Assembly (NCBI GenBank): GCA_041671505.1
Contig: JBAZBK010000011.1
Location: 20,830 to 84,829, forward strand
Length of the DNA: 64,000 nt
Origin: Thermoanaerobaculia bacterium
Lineage (GTDB): Bacteria; Acidobacteriota; Thermoanaerobaculia; Gp7-AA8
Direction of reading: 5' to 3'
Of this stretch, positions 53,496 through 63,336 are shown in pieces; within the stretch, counting starts at the first letter, position 1; every line of letters starts with the position of its first letter. The notes beneath the pieces are model-generated. The model was given only the letters and a program-made list of their open reading frames with translations. It made no database searches and was not told where the DNA came from. The position numbers were made by a program, and so were the translations under genes.

Positions 53496-54218
53496 TCATC
53501 CTCGCTCGCGCATGTCGCCCCAGAGCGAGCCGGCGATGACGAGGGCTGCGATCGCCGCCGTCTCCGCCCTCAGGCGCCTCGGCCCGAGACGGCGGATCTC
53601 GCAGCCGTGTTCCGTCGCGAAGCCGGTTTCCGCCTCACTCCAGCCTCCTTCGGGCCCGACCAGCAGGACGAGACGTTCGGGGCTCGCGGAGATGACGCGG
53701 GTTTCGGGGGCGTCGGCGTCGAAGAGGACGCGTGCGCAATCGCGTGCGATCAGCGATGCGAGAGGCTCGGGGGCACCGAGCTCCGGGACGCGCGCGCGCC
53801 CCGACTGCTTCGTCGCCTCGAGCAGAATCCGCTGCCAGCGCTCGGAGCGTCCCGCGACGCGCTCCGGCTTCGTCTCGATCCTCTCGCAGATGACCGGAGT
53901 AATGCGTGCGACACCGAGCTCGCACGCCTTCTGCAGCACGAGCTCGAATTTCTCCGGCTGGATGAGCGCCTGTGCGAGCTCGATCGCGACGGGCGACTCG
54001 CGCGAAGGGATCGAAGGCTCCCGGATCTCGATTGAGACCGACGATTTCGTCACGCTCCGGACCGCTGCTCCGGCCGCGGCGCCGAGACCGTCGATCACCT
54101 CGACCAACTCGCCTTCGCGAACGCGGCTGACCCTCGCTGCGTGATGGAGCTCGTCGCCTTCGAGCTCGACGATCGAGCCGGCGACGAAGGGTCCGCGCGC
54201 GAGGAATCGTGCCTTCAC
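53496..54218 (-). CDS. rsmE: 16S rRNA (uracil1498-N3)-methyltransferase RsmE
   Basis: Has a PUA-like N-terminus (ELEGDELHHAARVSRVREGELVEV) and the C-terminal SPOUT motif LVLLVGPEGGWSEAE...LGPRRLRAETAAIAA. The start is uncertain (GTG at 54218 or ATG at 54266). Confidence 0.8.
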   Translation of the reverse strand: MKARFLARGPFVAGSIVELEGDELHHAARVSRVREGELVEVIDGLGAAAGAAVRSVTKSSVSIEIREPSIPSRESPVAIELAQALIQPEKFELVLQKACELGVARITPVICERIETKPERVAGRSERWQRILLEATKQSGRARVPELGAPEPLASLIARDCARVLFDADAPETRVISASPERLVLLVGPEGGWSEAETGFATEHGCEIRRLGPRRLRAETAAIAALVIAGSLWGDMRERG

Positions 54219-54301
54219 GGCGAAACGATAGCCGATTCGGAGATGTCGTGACAGCCGTCGGCACACACGGCGATGTCGATTTCTTTTAGAATCTCGCCTT
54301 C

Positions 54302-56782
54302 ATGGACGAGACTTCGAACCGCCCGGGAGCGCCGCTGCTCGCGATCTTCTTCGTGTCGGGAGTCAGCGCGCTGGTTTACCAGATCGTGTGGTTGAAGCAC
54401 CTCGGGTTCGTCTTCGGGAACTCCGTCTACGCGGCGGCGACGCTGATCGCCGTCTACCTTGCCGGTCTCGGCTTCGGCGGCTATCTCTTCGCGGGGGCGT
54501 TTCGCCGCCGCAATCCGCTGCTCGTTTACGCGGTGCTCGAGGCGTGCATCGGCTTGCTCGGCTCGCTCTCCCCGCGATTTTTTCAATGGCTCGATGCTCT
54601 CTACGTGGCGGCGTATCCATCGATCGGCGACTCGCCGTTCGCGCTCGCCGTCGCGCGCGCGGCGATGGCTGCGCTCTTCCTGCTTCCGCCGACGATCCTC
54701 ATGGGCGGGACTCTGCCGATACTCGTTCGCTGGGTGACCCGCGAGCGTCTCGACGGAGGCCGCGCGGTCTCGGCGCTCTATGCCGTCAACACCTTCGGGG
54801 CCACGGCAGGCGTGGCGCTTTCCGGTTTCTACACGATTCCGACGATCGGGCTGCTTCTCACGTTGACCTGTGCCGTGGCTCTCAACTTCGTGCTCGCGGC
54901 CGTGTCGCTCGTTCTCGCCTGGAGCCAGGGAGGAATGAACGCCGCCGCAACCGAGCCGGTACGGGCGGAAGTTCCGGGCGACGAGGCGGCGCCGGCGTTT
55001 TCCGCGATGCCGGCGAGGATCATCCTCCTCGCGAGCTTCCTCATGGGGCTCACGTCGATCGCCGACGAGGTCTTCTGGTCGCGGATTCTCGTGCTCCATC
55101 TCGGCAGCAGTGTCTACTCCTACTCGCTGATGCTCTTCTCGTTCCTCGTCGGCCTGGCGGTCGGGAGCGCGGCGGTGTCGACGGTCATCGAGCGCGCCGA
55201 TCTATCGAAGCTCCTGGCTCGACTCCAGATCGCGCTCGCCGTCGTGCTCGCGATTCAGATTCACCTGTTCGTGAAGTTCCCCGACATCCTGGAGTGGTTT
55301 GGCGGCCTGACCGGCGTGGAGAGCTACGAATCGCGGCTCCTTGCATTCCTCGGGAGCGTGCTCGTGGCGATCCTCCCGCCGACGGCGCTGATGGGAGCCA
55401 CGTTTCCCGTCGCGGTGAAGCTCTACAGCCGCCTCCGCCAGCAGAGCGAGAGCCGCGGAGTGGGGACGGTCTACTTCTGGAACACGATCGGCAGCATCCT
55501 CGGGTCGCTCGGTGCCGGCTTCGTATTCGTGCGGCTTCTCGGATCGCAGAACGGCCTCTTCACGATGGCTGCAATCAACCTGGCAGTTGCATTGATCCTT
55601 CTCGCGCGCTTGACGGAAGCGAGAAAGGAATGGCGGGCTCTCGCAGCGGGCGCCGCCGCACTCGCCGTTGCGTTCGTCGCGGCGAAGCCCGATCAGGTCA
55701 TTCTCTCCGCCGGCATCTTCGTCGACGAGAAGGCGCCGATTCTCCTGTTCCGGGAAGACGTGACGGCAACGGTCACTCTGCGAAGAATGGGTGACGGATT
55801 CCTCTCTCTCGAGCTGAACGGCGTGAACGTCGCGGGGAGCGCGAGGGACCTGCGCGGAACGCAGAAGTTGCAGGGGCATCTGCCGCTGCTGATGCACCCG
55901 AATCCGAAGAAAGTTCTGCATATCGGGTTCGGCAGCGGCGGTACCGCGTACTCGGTGTCGCTCCATCCCGTCGAGAAGATCACGATCGCGGAGATCTCTC
56001 CCGAGGTGCTCGAGGTCTCCGACCGCGAGCTGCGCTCGGAGAACCACGGCGTGCTCGAGGACAAGCGGGTGGTGGCGGAGATCAACGACGGGCGCAACTT
56101 CGTTCTCGCGACTCCGGAGAAGTTCGACGTGATCCTCTCGGACTCGATCCACCCGCGCTACGCCGGCAACGGCTCGCTCTACACGCTCGACTACTTCAGG
56201 CTCTGCCGCGAGCGGATGAACCCCGGCGGCGTGATCTCGATGTGGCTTCCGACCTATTCGCTGACGACGCGCAACTACGTGCAGATCGTTCGCGCCTTCC
56301 ACGAAGCCTTTCCCAACACGACGATCTGGTACGTGCCGAACGTGCCTAACGCGTTCACGATCGTGATCGGCCGGCTCGAGGAGGGACCGATCCCGCTCGA
56401 CAGGATCGAATCGCGGATCTCGCCCGCGGTTCGAGCCGACCTCGAGTCCGTCGGGATCGCGAACGTCTACGAGATGGCGAGCTCGCTCATGCTCGATCCT
56501 GCCGGAGTCGACGTGATGGTCCGTGGAGTCCCTCCGCACATCGACGACCTCCCCTCAGTGGAGTACGAGAGCGGGCGGCTGATCGACCGCCAGGGAAGCT
56601 GGATTCGGAACTTCGCGCTCCTTCAGCGCTTCGAGACGCCGGTTCCGCGCGCTTTCAGCGGCGCGCGCGAGCCGGAGCTCATGGAGAGAGCAGGGGAAGT
56701 CCGCGACCGGAGAGTCGAGGATCACCTGCGGATTCTCGTCCGGACCTTCATGCCGCAGGCGATGCCGAAGCCGCAGCAGTAG
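54302..56782 (+). CDS. Fused multi-TM (MFS-like) / spermidine synthase-like protein
   Basis: About 480 aa carry ~12 TM helices. A class I methyltransferase/aminopropyltransferase fold follows (VLHIGFGSGGTAYS, DVILSDSIHP). Confidence 0.8.
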   Translation: MDETSNRPGAPLLAIFFVSGVSALVYQIVWLKHLGFVFGNSVYAAATLIAVYLAGLGFGGYLFAGAFRRRNPLLVYAVLEACIGLLGSLSPRFFQWLDALYVAAYPSIGDSPFALAVARAAMAALFLLPPTILMGGTLPILVRWVTRERLDGGRAVSALYAVNTFGATAGVALSGFYTIPTIGLLLTLTCAVALNFVLAAVSLVLAWSQGGMNAAATEPVRAEVPGDEAAPAFSAMPARIILLASFLMGLTSIADEVFWSRILVLHLGSSVYSYSLMLFSFLVGLAVGSAAVSTVIERADLSKLLARLQIALAVVLAIQIHLFVKFPDILEWFGGLTGVESYESRLLAFLGSVLVAILPPTALMGATFPVAVKLYSRLRQQSESRGVGTVYFWNTIGSILGSLGAGFVFVRLLGSQNGLFTMAAINLAVALILLARLTEARKEWRALAAGAAALAVAFVAAKPDQVILSAGIFVDEKAPILLFREDVTATVTLRRMGDGFLSLELNGVNVAGSARDLRGTQKLQGHLPLLMHPNPKKVLHIGFGSGGTAYSVSLHPVEKITIAEISPEVLEVSDRELRSENHGVLEDKRVVAEINDGRNFVLATPEKFDVILSDSIHPRYAGNGSLYTLDYFRLCRERMNPGGVISMWLPTYSLTTRNYVQIVRAFHEAFPNTTIWYVPNVPNAFTIVIGRLEEGPIPLDRIESRISPAVRADLESVGIANVYEMASSLMLDPAGVDVMVRGVPPHIDDLPSVEYESGRLIDRQGSWIRNFALLQRFETPVPRAFSGAREPELMERAGEVRDRRVEDHLRILVRTFMPQAMPKPQQ

Positions 56783-57005
56783 TTCCAGACTCACTCTCCA
56801 CACGCGGCGAGGAGGCGGCCCGAAGCGTCGAATTTGGTGCGGCGTGCCGTCGATCTTCGTTTTTTGTGAGATGGCTCACGTTACCTGCCGGAAGGAGTAC
56901 TATCTTTAGTTGCAACGAACATAGCGGGTACCGGTTCGGCACGAACCCGTACCCATGAAAAGCGAAGGGGCGTAGAGCCCCTTTTGTGTTTCGAGGAGGT
57001 TTTTC

Positions 57006-57884
57006 ATGAAGGCTCGGTTGCTCCCGATTTTCGGACTCGTCGTGATTCTCGGGCTCGTCGCGTGCAATGGTGAGAAGTCGGTCACCGGAACGAATGGGAT
57101 GCGGCAGGTGGCGGGGAAGGTCGTGCCGGTTGGCGACATCGAGGGCTCGAGTCCGCAGGGGATCGAAGTCCGCGTGCGCGGGGTCGGCATCGCCGCCGTG
57201 ACTGACGCGACCGGCAGCTTCGCACTGACCGGGGTTCCCGACGGCGCGCTCGAGCTGTCGTTCAGCCGCTCGTCCGACGGCATCGGCGCGACGCTCGAAG
57301 TCGACGCCGGAGCGGACGCCCTGATCGTCGAGCTTCAGCGCAACAGCGCGAGCCCCCGGCGGCGCGGGGCGCGTTCTCCGCGCATCCAGATTGAAGGCCC
57401 GATCACCGCGGTGTCGGACACTTCGATCACCGTTCTCGACGCGAGCCGCAAGATCGAGGTTACCGCCGCGATCGTCGCAACCACGACCATCCGCAAAGGC
57501 AACCGGAAGCTGACTCCCGCCGATCTCGCCGTCGGCAACCAGGTGCACGTCACCGCCTCTCCCAATCCCGACGCGACCTACAACGCGATCGAGATCAAGC
57601 TGCAGGAAGGCGAAGACGACGGCGGCGTCGGCGACGACGATCCGCCTGCCAAGCGCGAGCTCGAGGGTCCCGTGGTCGCGATCAGCGCCGCATCGATCAC
57701 CGTGACGGATGCCTCGACGGGCGAGCAGACCGCCGTGATCAATGGCGACACGGTGATCCGGAAAGGCGGCACGACGCTGACGACCGCCGACATCAAGGTC
57801 GGCGACCGCGTCCACGTCAAGGCGAAGGTCGAGGCAGACAACTCGCTCACCGCGCTGGAAATCATGGTGCAGAACAACCGGTAG
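57006..57884 (+). CDS. Lipoprotein with two DUF5666-like repeats
   Basis: Has a lipobox (LGLVAC), a carboxypeptidase-regulatory-like N-domain, and two ~70-aa repeats (ITVLDASRKIEVTAA...TIRKGNRKLTPADLAVGNQVHVTA and ITVTDASTGEQTAV...VIRKGGTTLTTADIKVGDRVHVKA). Confidence 0.65.
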   Translation: MKARLLPIFGLVVILGLVACNGEKSVTGTNGMRQVAGKVVPVGDIEGSSPQGIEVRVRGVGIAAVTDATGSFALTGVPDGALELSFSRSSDGIGATLEVDAGADALIVELQRNSASPRRRGARSPRIQIEGPITAVSDTSITVLDASRKIEVTAAIVATTTIRKGNRKLTPADLAVGNQVHVTASPNPDATYNAIEIKLQEGEDDGGVGDDDPPAKRELEGPVVAISAASITVTDASTGEQTAVINGDTVIRKGGTTLTTADIKVGDRVHVKAKVEADNSLTALEIMVQNNR

Positions 57885-57907
57885 ACCCTCCCTGCCGGCC
57901 GGCCTGC

Positions 57908-57943
57908 GAGACGACCCCGTGCAACCGGGGTCGTCTCTTTTTT
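57908..57943 (+). terminator. Rho-independent terminator
   Basis: A 12-bp perfect stem (GAGACGACCCCG / CGGGGTCGTCTC) with a 6-nt loop, followed by TTTTTT, 24 nt after the lipoprotein stop. Confidence 0.85.
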
Positions 57944-57996
57944 GTTCATCGCGTATTTGAAGCCTCACAGCGGCGGGGCGCCGCTATGATTCCTCG

Positions 57997-59610
57997 ATGC
58001 TTCGGCTGCTCCCTCGAACTCTTCAGCAGAATCCCCGGCTGCGGAGGCTCGTGCTTCCTTCGGTCGCGATCGCGCTGGCGTCGATCCTCTGCGCCGTTGT
58101 GATCCACTTCGCCTCGAGTGTCGAAGGGAGCGTTTCAGATCGCGCCATGCGTCTCGCAGGAATGGGAGACTTCGAGGCGGCCGACAGGCTCTTCGTCGAG
58201 GCGCTCTCGGCGAAGGCCGACTTCGAGACGCTGATTGCCTTCATCGACAACCGGGCCGCGATCGTGCAGCTCGGCGAGGCCTCCCGCCTTGCGGCGCCGC
58301 AGGAGGCACCGCGCGTGTCGGGTGGCGACGAGCTCGTCGAGCGTTACCTCTCGAGCCCGGGCATGAGCGAGGCCGAGGCGCGCATGGCGCGCTACTGGTT
58401 CGAGGTGAGGTTGCGCGATCCTGGCACCGACTCGCGCCCGGTGGTCGTGCTCGCAGACCTGACCCCCCCGGAGAGGCACGCCAATCAGCTGCTCGCGCGG
58501 GCGGCGATGCTGAACGACGACCTCGGTGAGGCTGCGCGTCGATACGAGCGTGAAGGGCTGGCGTTTCCGCGAGAGGCGGAAGGCGATCTCGAGCGCGCGC
58601 TCGCGCTGTGGAAGGAGCTCGGCGCGTGGGATGAGATTCGTGCCCGGATCGATGATCCGCGCTTCCGCAGCGTGGTCGGTCCGAGGCTCCGTGTGACCGT
58701 CGCAGAGCACGATCGCGACTGGCCGCTGCTCCTTCTATGGATCTGGCCCGCGAGCTTCGAGGGGATCGGCGCGTGGCCCGTCGCGCTCGCCGCACTGTCG
58801 GCGGTTCTCTGGTTTCTGATCGTCGCCACTCTCGGCCGGATGTCCGAGCCGGAGCGCGGGCGGCGGCTGCTGTACGTTGCGGCGTTCGCGCTCGGCGTGC
58901 TCAGCGTCTACCCGACGCTACTGGTGATCACGGCCGAGGAGTCGATCTGGAGTCTCCGCCAGGTCGGGGAGATCATCCCCGACGCGATCTACTTCGTGTT
59001 CGGCGTCGGATTGCGGGAGGAGGCGTGCAAGCTGCTGCTCTTTCTGCCGCTGCTGCCACTTCTCCGGCGTCGGGGATCGCGGCTGGAGGCGCTGACTTGT
59101 GGCGCGCTCGTTGGACTCGGCTTCGCGGCCGAAGAGAACGTTCTCTACTTCCAGAGCTTCGACGTGTCGGTCGCCCTGACTCGATTTCTGACGGCGAATC
59201 TTTTGCACGTGTCGCTCACGGCGCTCGCCGCGCTGGCCGTCTACGATGCCTCCAGGGCCTGGAACCGCTCGACGGAGATCCTCAACGCGACGCTGCCGAT
59301 GGTCGTCCTGCTGCACGGCGGCTACGATTTCCTGCTGTCGAGCCCGCAGCTCGGCGAGTTGTCGTTTCTCTCCATGACCCTGTTCGTGCTGATCGCACAG
59401 CGCTTCCTGCGAGAGTTCACGAACCTTTCCACTGCACTGGAGCAGGAGAGGGTCCTGCGCTTGTTCGTCGTCGCGATCTCTCTCATCACCGGCGCGTCGT
59501 ACATCTACGCGACGACTCTCGTCGGACCGCTCCTCGGCTTCGCCTACGTCGCTACCGGCCTTCTCGGTGTCGCGATCTTCGTCTACATGTTCGTCAGGGA
59601 GTTGGCGTGA
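57997..59610 (+). CDS. PrsW-family intramembrane metalloprotease with a ~250-aa N-terminal extension
   Basis: The C-terminal multi-TM region has PrsW-type motifs (REEACKLL, GLGFAAEENVLYF, ANLLHVSLTA, HGGYD). The N-terminal part has one TM helix plus a helical soluble region. Confidence 0.65.
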   Translation: MLRLLPRTLQQNPRLRRLVLPSVAIALASILCAVVIHFASSVEGSVSDRAMRLAGMGDFEAADRLFVEALSAKADFETLIAFIDNRAAIVQLGEASRLAAPQEAPRVSGGDELVERYLSSPGMSEAEARMARYWFEVRLRDPGTDSRPVVVLADLTPPERHANQLLARAAMLNDDLGEAARRYEREGLAFPREAEGDLERALALWKELGAWDEIRARIDDPRFRSVVGPRLRVTVAEHDRDWPLLLLWIWPASFEGIGAWPVALAALSAVLWFLIVATLGRMSEPERGRRLLYVAAFALGVLSVYPTLLVITAEESIWSLRQVGEIIPDAIYFVFGVGLREEACKLLLFLPLLPLLRRRGSRLEALTCGALVGLGFAAEENVLYFQSFDVSVALTRFLTANLLHVSLTALAALAVYDASRAWNRSTEILNATLPMVVLLHGGYDFLLSSPQLGELSFLSMTLFVLIAQRFLREFTNLSTALEQERVLRLFVVAISLITGASYIYATTLVGPLLGFAYVATGLLGVAIFVYMFVRELA

Positions 59611-59773
59611 GGGAGGCGAGAGGCGGAAGGCGAGAGGCGAGAGGCGAGGGGCGAAAGGCGAGAGGCGAGAGGCGAAAGGCGATGAGGAGGCAGCGCTTCG
59701 GTGACTAAGGGCTCCGCAACGTTTGGATAGTCGGCGCTCCTGCCTGCTTGTCGCCTCTCGCCTGTCGCCTTCG
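59611..59773. repeat. Heptamer-array inverted repeat, GGCGARR family, locus F (asymmetric arms)
   Basis: The left arm at 59615-59691 has ten GGCGxxx units (GAGA, GGAA, GAGA, GAGA, GAGG, GAAA, GAGA, GAGA, GAAA, GATG) plus AGGAGGC. The right arm at 59742-59773 reads GCCTGCT TGTCGCC TCTCGCC TGTCGCC TTCG. The element starts at the PrsW stop and ends 2 nt before the MFS stop. Confidence 0.9.
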
Positions 59774-59775
59774 TT

Positions 59776-60969
59776 TCACGAGACCGTCGCCCGCGCCTTC
59801 GCCCGAATCGCGGCCACGAGCCCCGGCACTCCGAGCGCCATCGTCAGCCAGAAGAATGCGACGAATCCTAGACTTTGCGCGAGCAGTCCGCTCGTGGTGC
59901 CGGCGAGCGATCGTGACAGCCCCATGATCGCGGTAAGGAGCGCGAACTCTGTCGCCGGATCCTCGCGGTCGCACGACGTCATGAGGAACGAGAGGAAGGC
60001 GGCTGTGCCCATGCCGCCGGCGAGGTTCTCGACGACCGAAGCCGTGTACATGGAAGCGCGTCCCGCACCGGTGGCCGCGGCGATCGCGTAGGTCGCGTTC
60101 GACGCCAGCTGGATGACGCCAAGCTCCACGAGCGCTCGCCCGAGCCCCCGCTTGCCTACCCAGAGCCCTCCCGCGATCGCGCCGACGATCGTGCAGCCGA
60201 TTCCGATCACCGTCGTGGCCGTGCCGATCTCGGCGACGCCGTAGCCGCTGTCGACCCAGAACGGCTTGATCATGTGGGCGAGCGTCGAGTCACCGAGCTT
60301 GTAGAGGAGCGCGACGGCGAGAATCGTCGCCATGTCGGGGCGGGCGAGCCAGCGACGCAGCGCGGGAATCGGCGACAGGGTCGTGCGGGGCACCCGCTCG
60401 TGACGGATGAACAGGGTTGACGCGAGGCAGGCGAGTGAAAGCGCTGCGCCTGCCGAGAACGCCACTCGCCATCCCCACGAGCCGGCGATCGCCGCGAGGC
60501 CGCCGCCGGCGACGATGATGGCCACGCGATATGTCGCAATTCGGGTCGAGTTCACGATTCCGACGTTCGCGGGTGTGCTCGTCGCGACGGCGATGGCGTC
60601 GATGGCGACATCCTGCGTCGCCGACGCCAGCGCGAGCGCCGCGGCGGCGACCCAGAAGAGCGGCGAGCCGGCTTCCCCTCCGAAGCCGATGAACATCAGC
60701 GCCGCCGCGACCGAGACGAGGGCGCCGCGCATCCACCCCGCGTAGCTGCCGAGGCCGTCGACGAGCGGTGCCCAGAGAAACTTCAGAGTCCAGGCAAGGC
60801 CGATCGTTCCCAGGAATCCGATTTCCGCCAGGGGAACTCCCCGCTCCCGGAGGTAGAGCGGTAAAAGCTCGGAAACGATGCCGTACGGCATCCCTTCGGC
60901 GAAGTAGAGGGAGCCGATCAGGAGGAGGAGCGGTCGGTGCGCTCGAAGCTGCCCTGGCGGCTCGCTCAT
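59776..60969 (-). CDS. MFS transporter, AmpG-like
   Basis: Has 12-TM hydrophobic architecture with an N-terminus (LLLIGSLYFAEGMPYGIVSELLPLYLRERGVPLAEIGF) typical of the AmpG/lysophospholipid transporter subfamily. The start is at 60969 (MSEPPG) or 61008. Confidence 0.75.
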   Translation of the reverse strand: MSEPPGQLRAHRPLLLLIGSLYFAEGMPYGIVSELLPLYLRERGVPLAEIGFLGTIGLAWTLKFLWAPLVDGLGSYAGWMRGALVSVAAALMFIGFGGEAGSPLFWVAAAALALASATQDVAIDAIAVATSTPANVGIVNSTRIATYRVAIIVAGGGLAAIAGSWGWRVAFSAGAALSLACLASTLFIRHERVPRTTLSPIPALRRWLARPDMATILAVALLYKLGDSTLAHMIKPFWVDSGYGVAEIGTATTVIGIGCTIVGAIAGGLWVGKRGLGRALVELGVIQLASNATYAIAAATGAGRASMYTASVVENLAGGMGTAAFLSFLMTSCDREDPATEFALLTAIMGLSRSLAGTTSGLLAQSLGFVAFFWLTMALGVPGLVAAIRAKARATVS

Positions 60970-61129
60970 CGGTGAGGCATCGTGGCAGAAGCTGCCGGGG
61001 CTTCGCAACCGAGCCGTTCCGGATTGGTATATTCTTTGGTGACACGAGCCGGCCTCGGGGGACGAAACTGTTTAAATCCACGACTTCCCTGCTAGAATGC
61101 GCCGCTGATTCACACCCCGGACAGGGGAA

Positions 61130-61870
61130 GTGTCGGAGCAGATATTGAAGGTAACGGCCGTCGTCGCCGCCTACAACGAGCAGCAGACGATCGCGAACGT
61201 ACTCGGTTCGCTTCAGCGGAGTCCTCTCATCGACGAAATCATCGTCGTGAGCGACGGTTCCACTGACGCAACCGTCGAGATCGCCCGCGCGCACGATGTC
61301 CGCACCATCGCCCTTCGCCGCAATCAGGGGAAGGGTTACGCGATGCGCCTTGGCGTCGAGCACGCGTCGAACGACGTGATCTTCTTCGTCGATGCCGACA
61401 TGCTCGACCTGAGCGACCAGCACATCTCCTCCCTCGTCCGCCCCGTACTGGAGCGGAAGTGCGAGATGAACGTCGGCATCCGCCACCGCGGCCCGATCCG
61501 GAACTTCCTCCACCTCAAGGCGCACATGGGCCCCGTCCTCTCGGGCATCCGCGTGATGCGGCGCGAAGTGTGGGAGGCGGTCCCGGCGGCTTACATGGAG
61601 CGCTTCAAGATCGAGCTCGCACTCAACTACTTCTGTGCGGCGTCGGGTTACAGGCAGCGGAACACGGTGATCTACGAGCTCGGTCACGTCATCAAGGAAT
61701 CGAAGCGCGGGATCCTCCGCGGACTCGCGCAGCGCGTCGACATGACGACCGAAGTCATCCTCCTTCACTTCGACCTCTATCTCTTCCAGACCTGGCGTTG
61801 GTCGGTCGAGGGCGATGTCCTCTCCGGCGCCCAGGAGTACGACCTCTTCGAGGCCGAGCTGGTCGATTAG
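61130..61870 (+). CDS. Glycosyltransferase family 2 protein
   Basis: VTAVVAAYNEQQTIANVL...VVSDGSTDAT...FVDADM are GT-A fold DxD-type motifs. The start codon is GTG. Confidence 0.8.
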   Translation: MSEQILKVTAVVAAYNEQQTIANVLGSLQRSPLIDEIIVVSDGSTDATVEIARAHDVRTIALRRNQGKGYAMRLGVEHASNDVIFFVDADMLDLSDQHISSLVRPVLERKCEMNVGIRHRGPIRNFLHLKAHMGPVLSGIRVMRREVWEAVPAAYMERFKIELALNYFCAASGYRQRNTVIYELGHVIKESKRGILRGLAQRVDMTTEVILLHFDLYLFQTWRWSVEGDVLSGAQEYDLFEAELVD

Positions 61871-61991
61871 CGCTCCCCGGTCGGCGATCGGGTGTCGAGC
61901 TCTGCCGTCGCCACGCGACGCCTCGCAATCCGGGCCCCCGGTCGGGTGCGCTATCATCCGCGCTGCTTTTTCCAGCTGAAGAGGTGAACCG

Positions 61992-63236
61992 ATGACGACT
62001 CCTGACCGCAGCACGGGCCTTTCGCTCGAGGAAGAGTTCGAATTCCTCCGCAAAGGCGCCGTCGACCTGATCGACGCGGCCGACCTGAAGGCGAAGCTCA
62101 AGCGCGCCCGCGAGAAGGGCAGGCCTTTGCTCGTGAAGGTCGGCTTCGATCCGACCGCGCCCGACATCCACCTGGGACACACGGTCGTCATCCGCAAGAT
62201 GCGCCACTTCCAGCAGATGGGGCATCGCGTGGTCTTTCTCATCGGCGATTTCACTGGGATGATCGGCGATCCCTCGGGGAAGAAGGCTACGCGACCCGCG
62301 CTCTCGCGCGAGGATGTGATGGCCAATGCCGAGACGTACCGCCGCCAGATTTTCAAGCTCCTCGATCCGGTCGCAACCGAGGTGCGGTTCAATTCCGAAT
62401 GGCTCGGGGCCCTCGGCGCTGAGGGGATCGTCAGGCTCTGCGGGAAGTACACGCTCGCGCGAATCATGGAGCGCGACGACTTCCGCAAGCGCTGGGAAAG
62501 CCATCAGCCGATCTCGATGCACGAGCTGCTCTATCCGCTCGCCCAGGGGTATGACTCGGTTGCCCTGCAGTGCGACGTGGAGATGGGTGGCACCGACCAG
62601 CTCTTCAACCTCCTCGTCGGACGTGACCTGATGCGCGAATACGGGCAGGAGCCGCAGGTGGTGCTGACGATGCCTCTGCTCGAGGGCCTCGACGGCGTCG
62701 AGAAGATGTCGAAATCGCTCGGCAACTACATCGGCATCGACGATGCGCCCGACGCGATCTTTGGCAAGGTGATGTCGATCTCCGACGACCTGATGTGGAA
62801 GTACTACCTGCTCTCGACAGACCACTCGCCCGCGGAGATCGAGGCACTGCGCGCCGAGGTTGCCTCGGGCAAGGTTCACCCGATGGACGCGAAGCGCGCG
62901 CTTGCGAAGTCGATCATCGCCGACTTCCACGAGGTGGGCGCCGCCGAGCGCGCCGAGGCGGAGTTCCGGAGGATCTTCAGCGAGCGCCAGGCTCCCACCG
63001 ACGTGGAGACAGTCGAGCTTCCGGCGGCGGAGGCGGCGATGCCGGTCGTGAAGATCGTCGTCGCGGCGGGTCTCGCGCCGAGCAACAGCGAGGCGAGACG
63101 GCTCGTCGAGCAGGGTGGCGTCTACGTCGACGATGAGAAAATGAGTGACCCGAAGGCGACGCTCGACTGTGCGGCGGGCCGCGCGTACATGTTCAAGGTC
63201 GGCAAGCGACGCTTCGCGCGCGTGTCGTTCGTGTAA
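61992..63236 (+). CDS. tyrS: Tyrosine--tRNA ligase
   Basis: Contains a HIGH-type motif (DIHLGH), KMSKS, and a C-terminal S4 domain (SNSEARRLVEQGGVYVDDEK). Confidence 0.95.
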   Translation: MTTPDRSTGLSLEEEFEFLRKGAVDLIDAADLKAKLKRAREKGRPLLVKVGFDPTAPDIHLGHTVVIRKMRHFQQMGHRVVFLIGDFTGMIGDPSGKKATRPALSREDVMANAETYRRQIFKLLDPVATEVRFNSEWLGALGAEGIVRLCGKYTLARIMERDDFRKRWESHQPISMHELLYPLAQGYDSVALQCDVEMGGTDQLFNLLVGRDLMREYGQEPQVVLTMPLLEGLDGVEKMSKSLGNYIGIDDAPDAIFGKVMSISDDLMWKYYLLSTDHSPAEIEALRAEVASGKVHPMDAKRALAKSIIADFHEVGAAERAEAEFRRIFSERQAPTDVETVELPAAEAAMPVVKIVVAAGLAPSNSEARRLVEQGGVYVDDEKMSDPKATLDCAAGRAYMFKVGKRRFARVSFV

Positions 63237-63336
63237 GGTTCGCCGCCGGCGGTCCCGTCCGCTTTACAGCCCCCGTGTTACCCCGACGAGGCCGGAAAGG
63301 CGTATGCTCCCTCCATCGAAACGATTGGAGGTTTGT

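Noticed and set aside
61871-61991. A possible T-box or other leader upstream of tyrS
   Set aside because: No specifier-loop/T-box consensus (AGGGUGGNACCGCG-like) or terminator/antiterminator pair is visible in the 120-nt spacer. The region is too short and shows no conspicuous structure.
60290-62488. A 732-aa minus-strand ORF
   Set aside because: It runs across the MFS gene (same strand, different frame), an intergenic region, and the antisense of the GT2 and tyrS genes. No real gene could span these, and its composition is Arg-rich.
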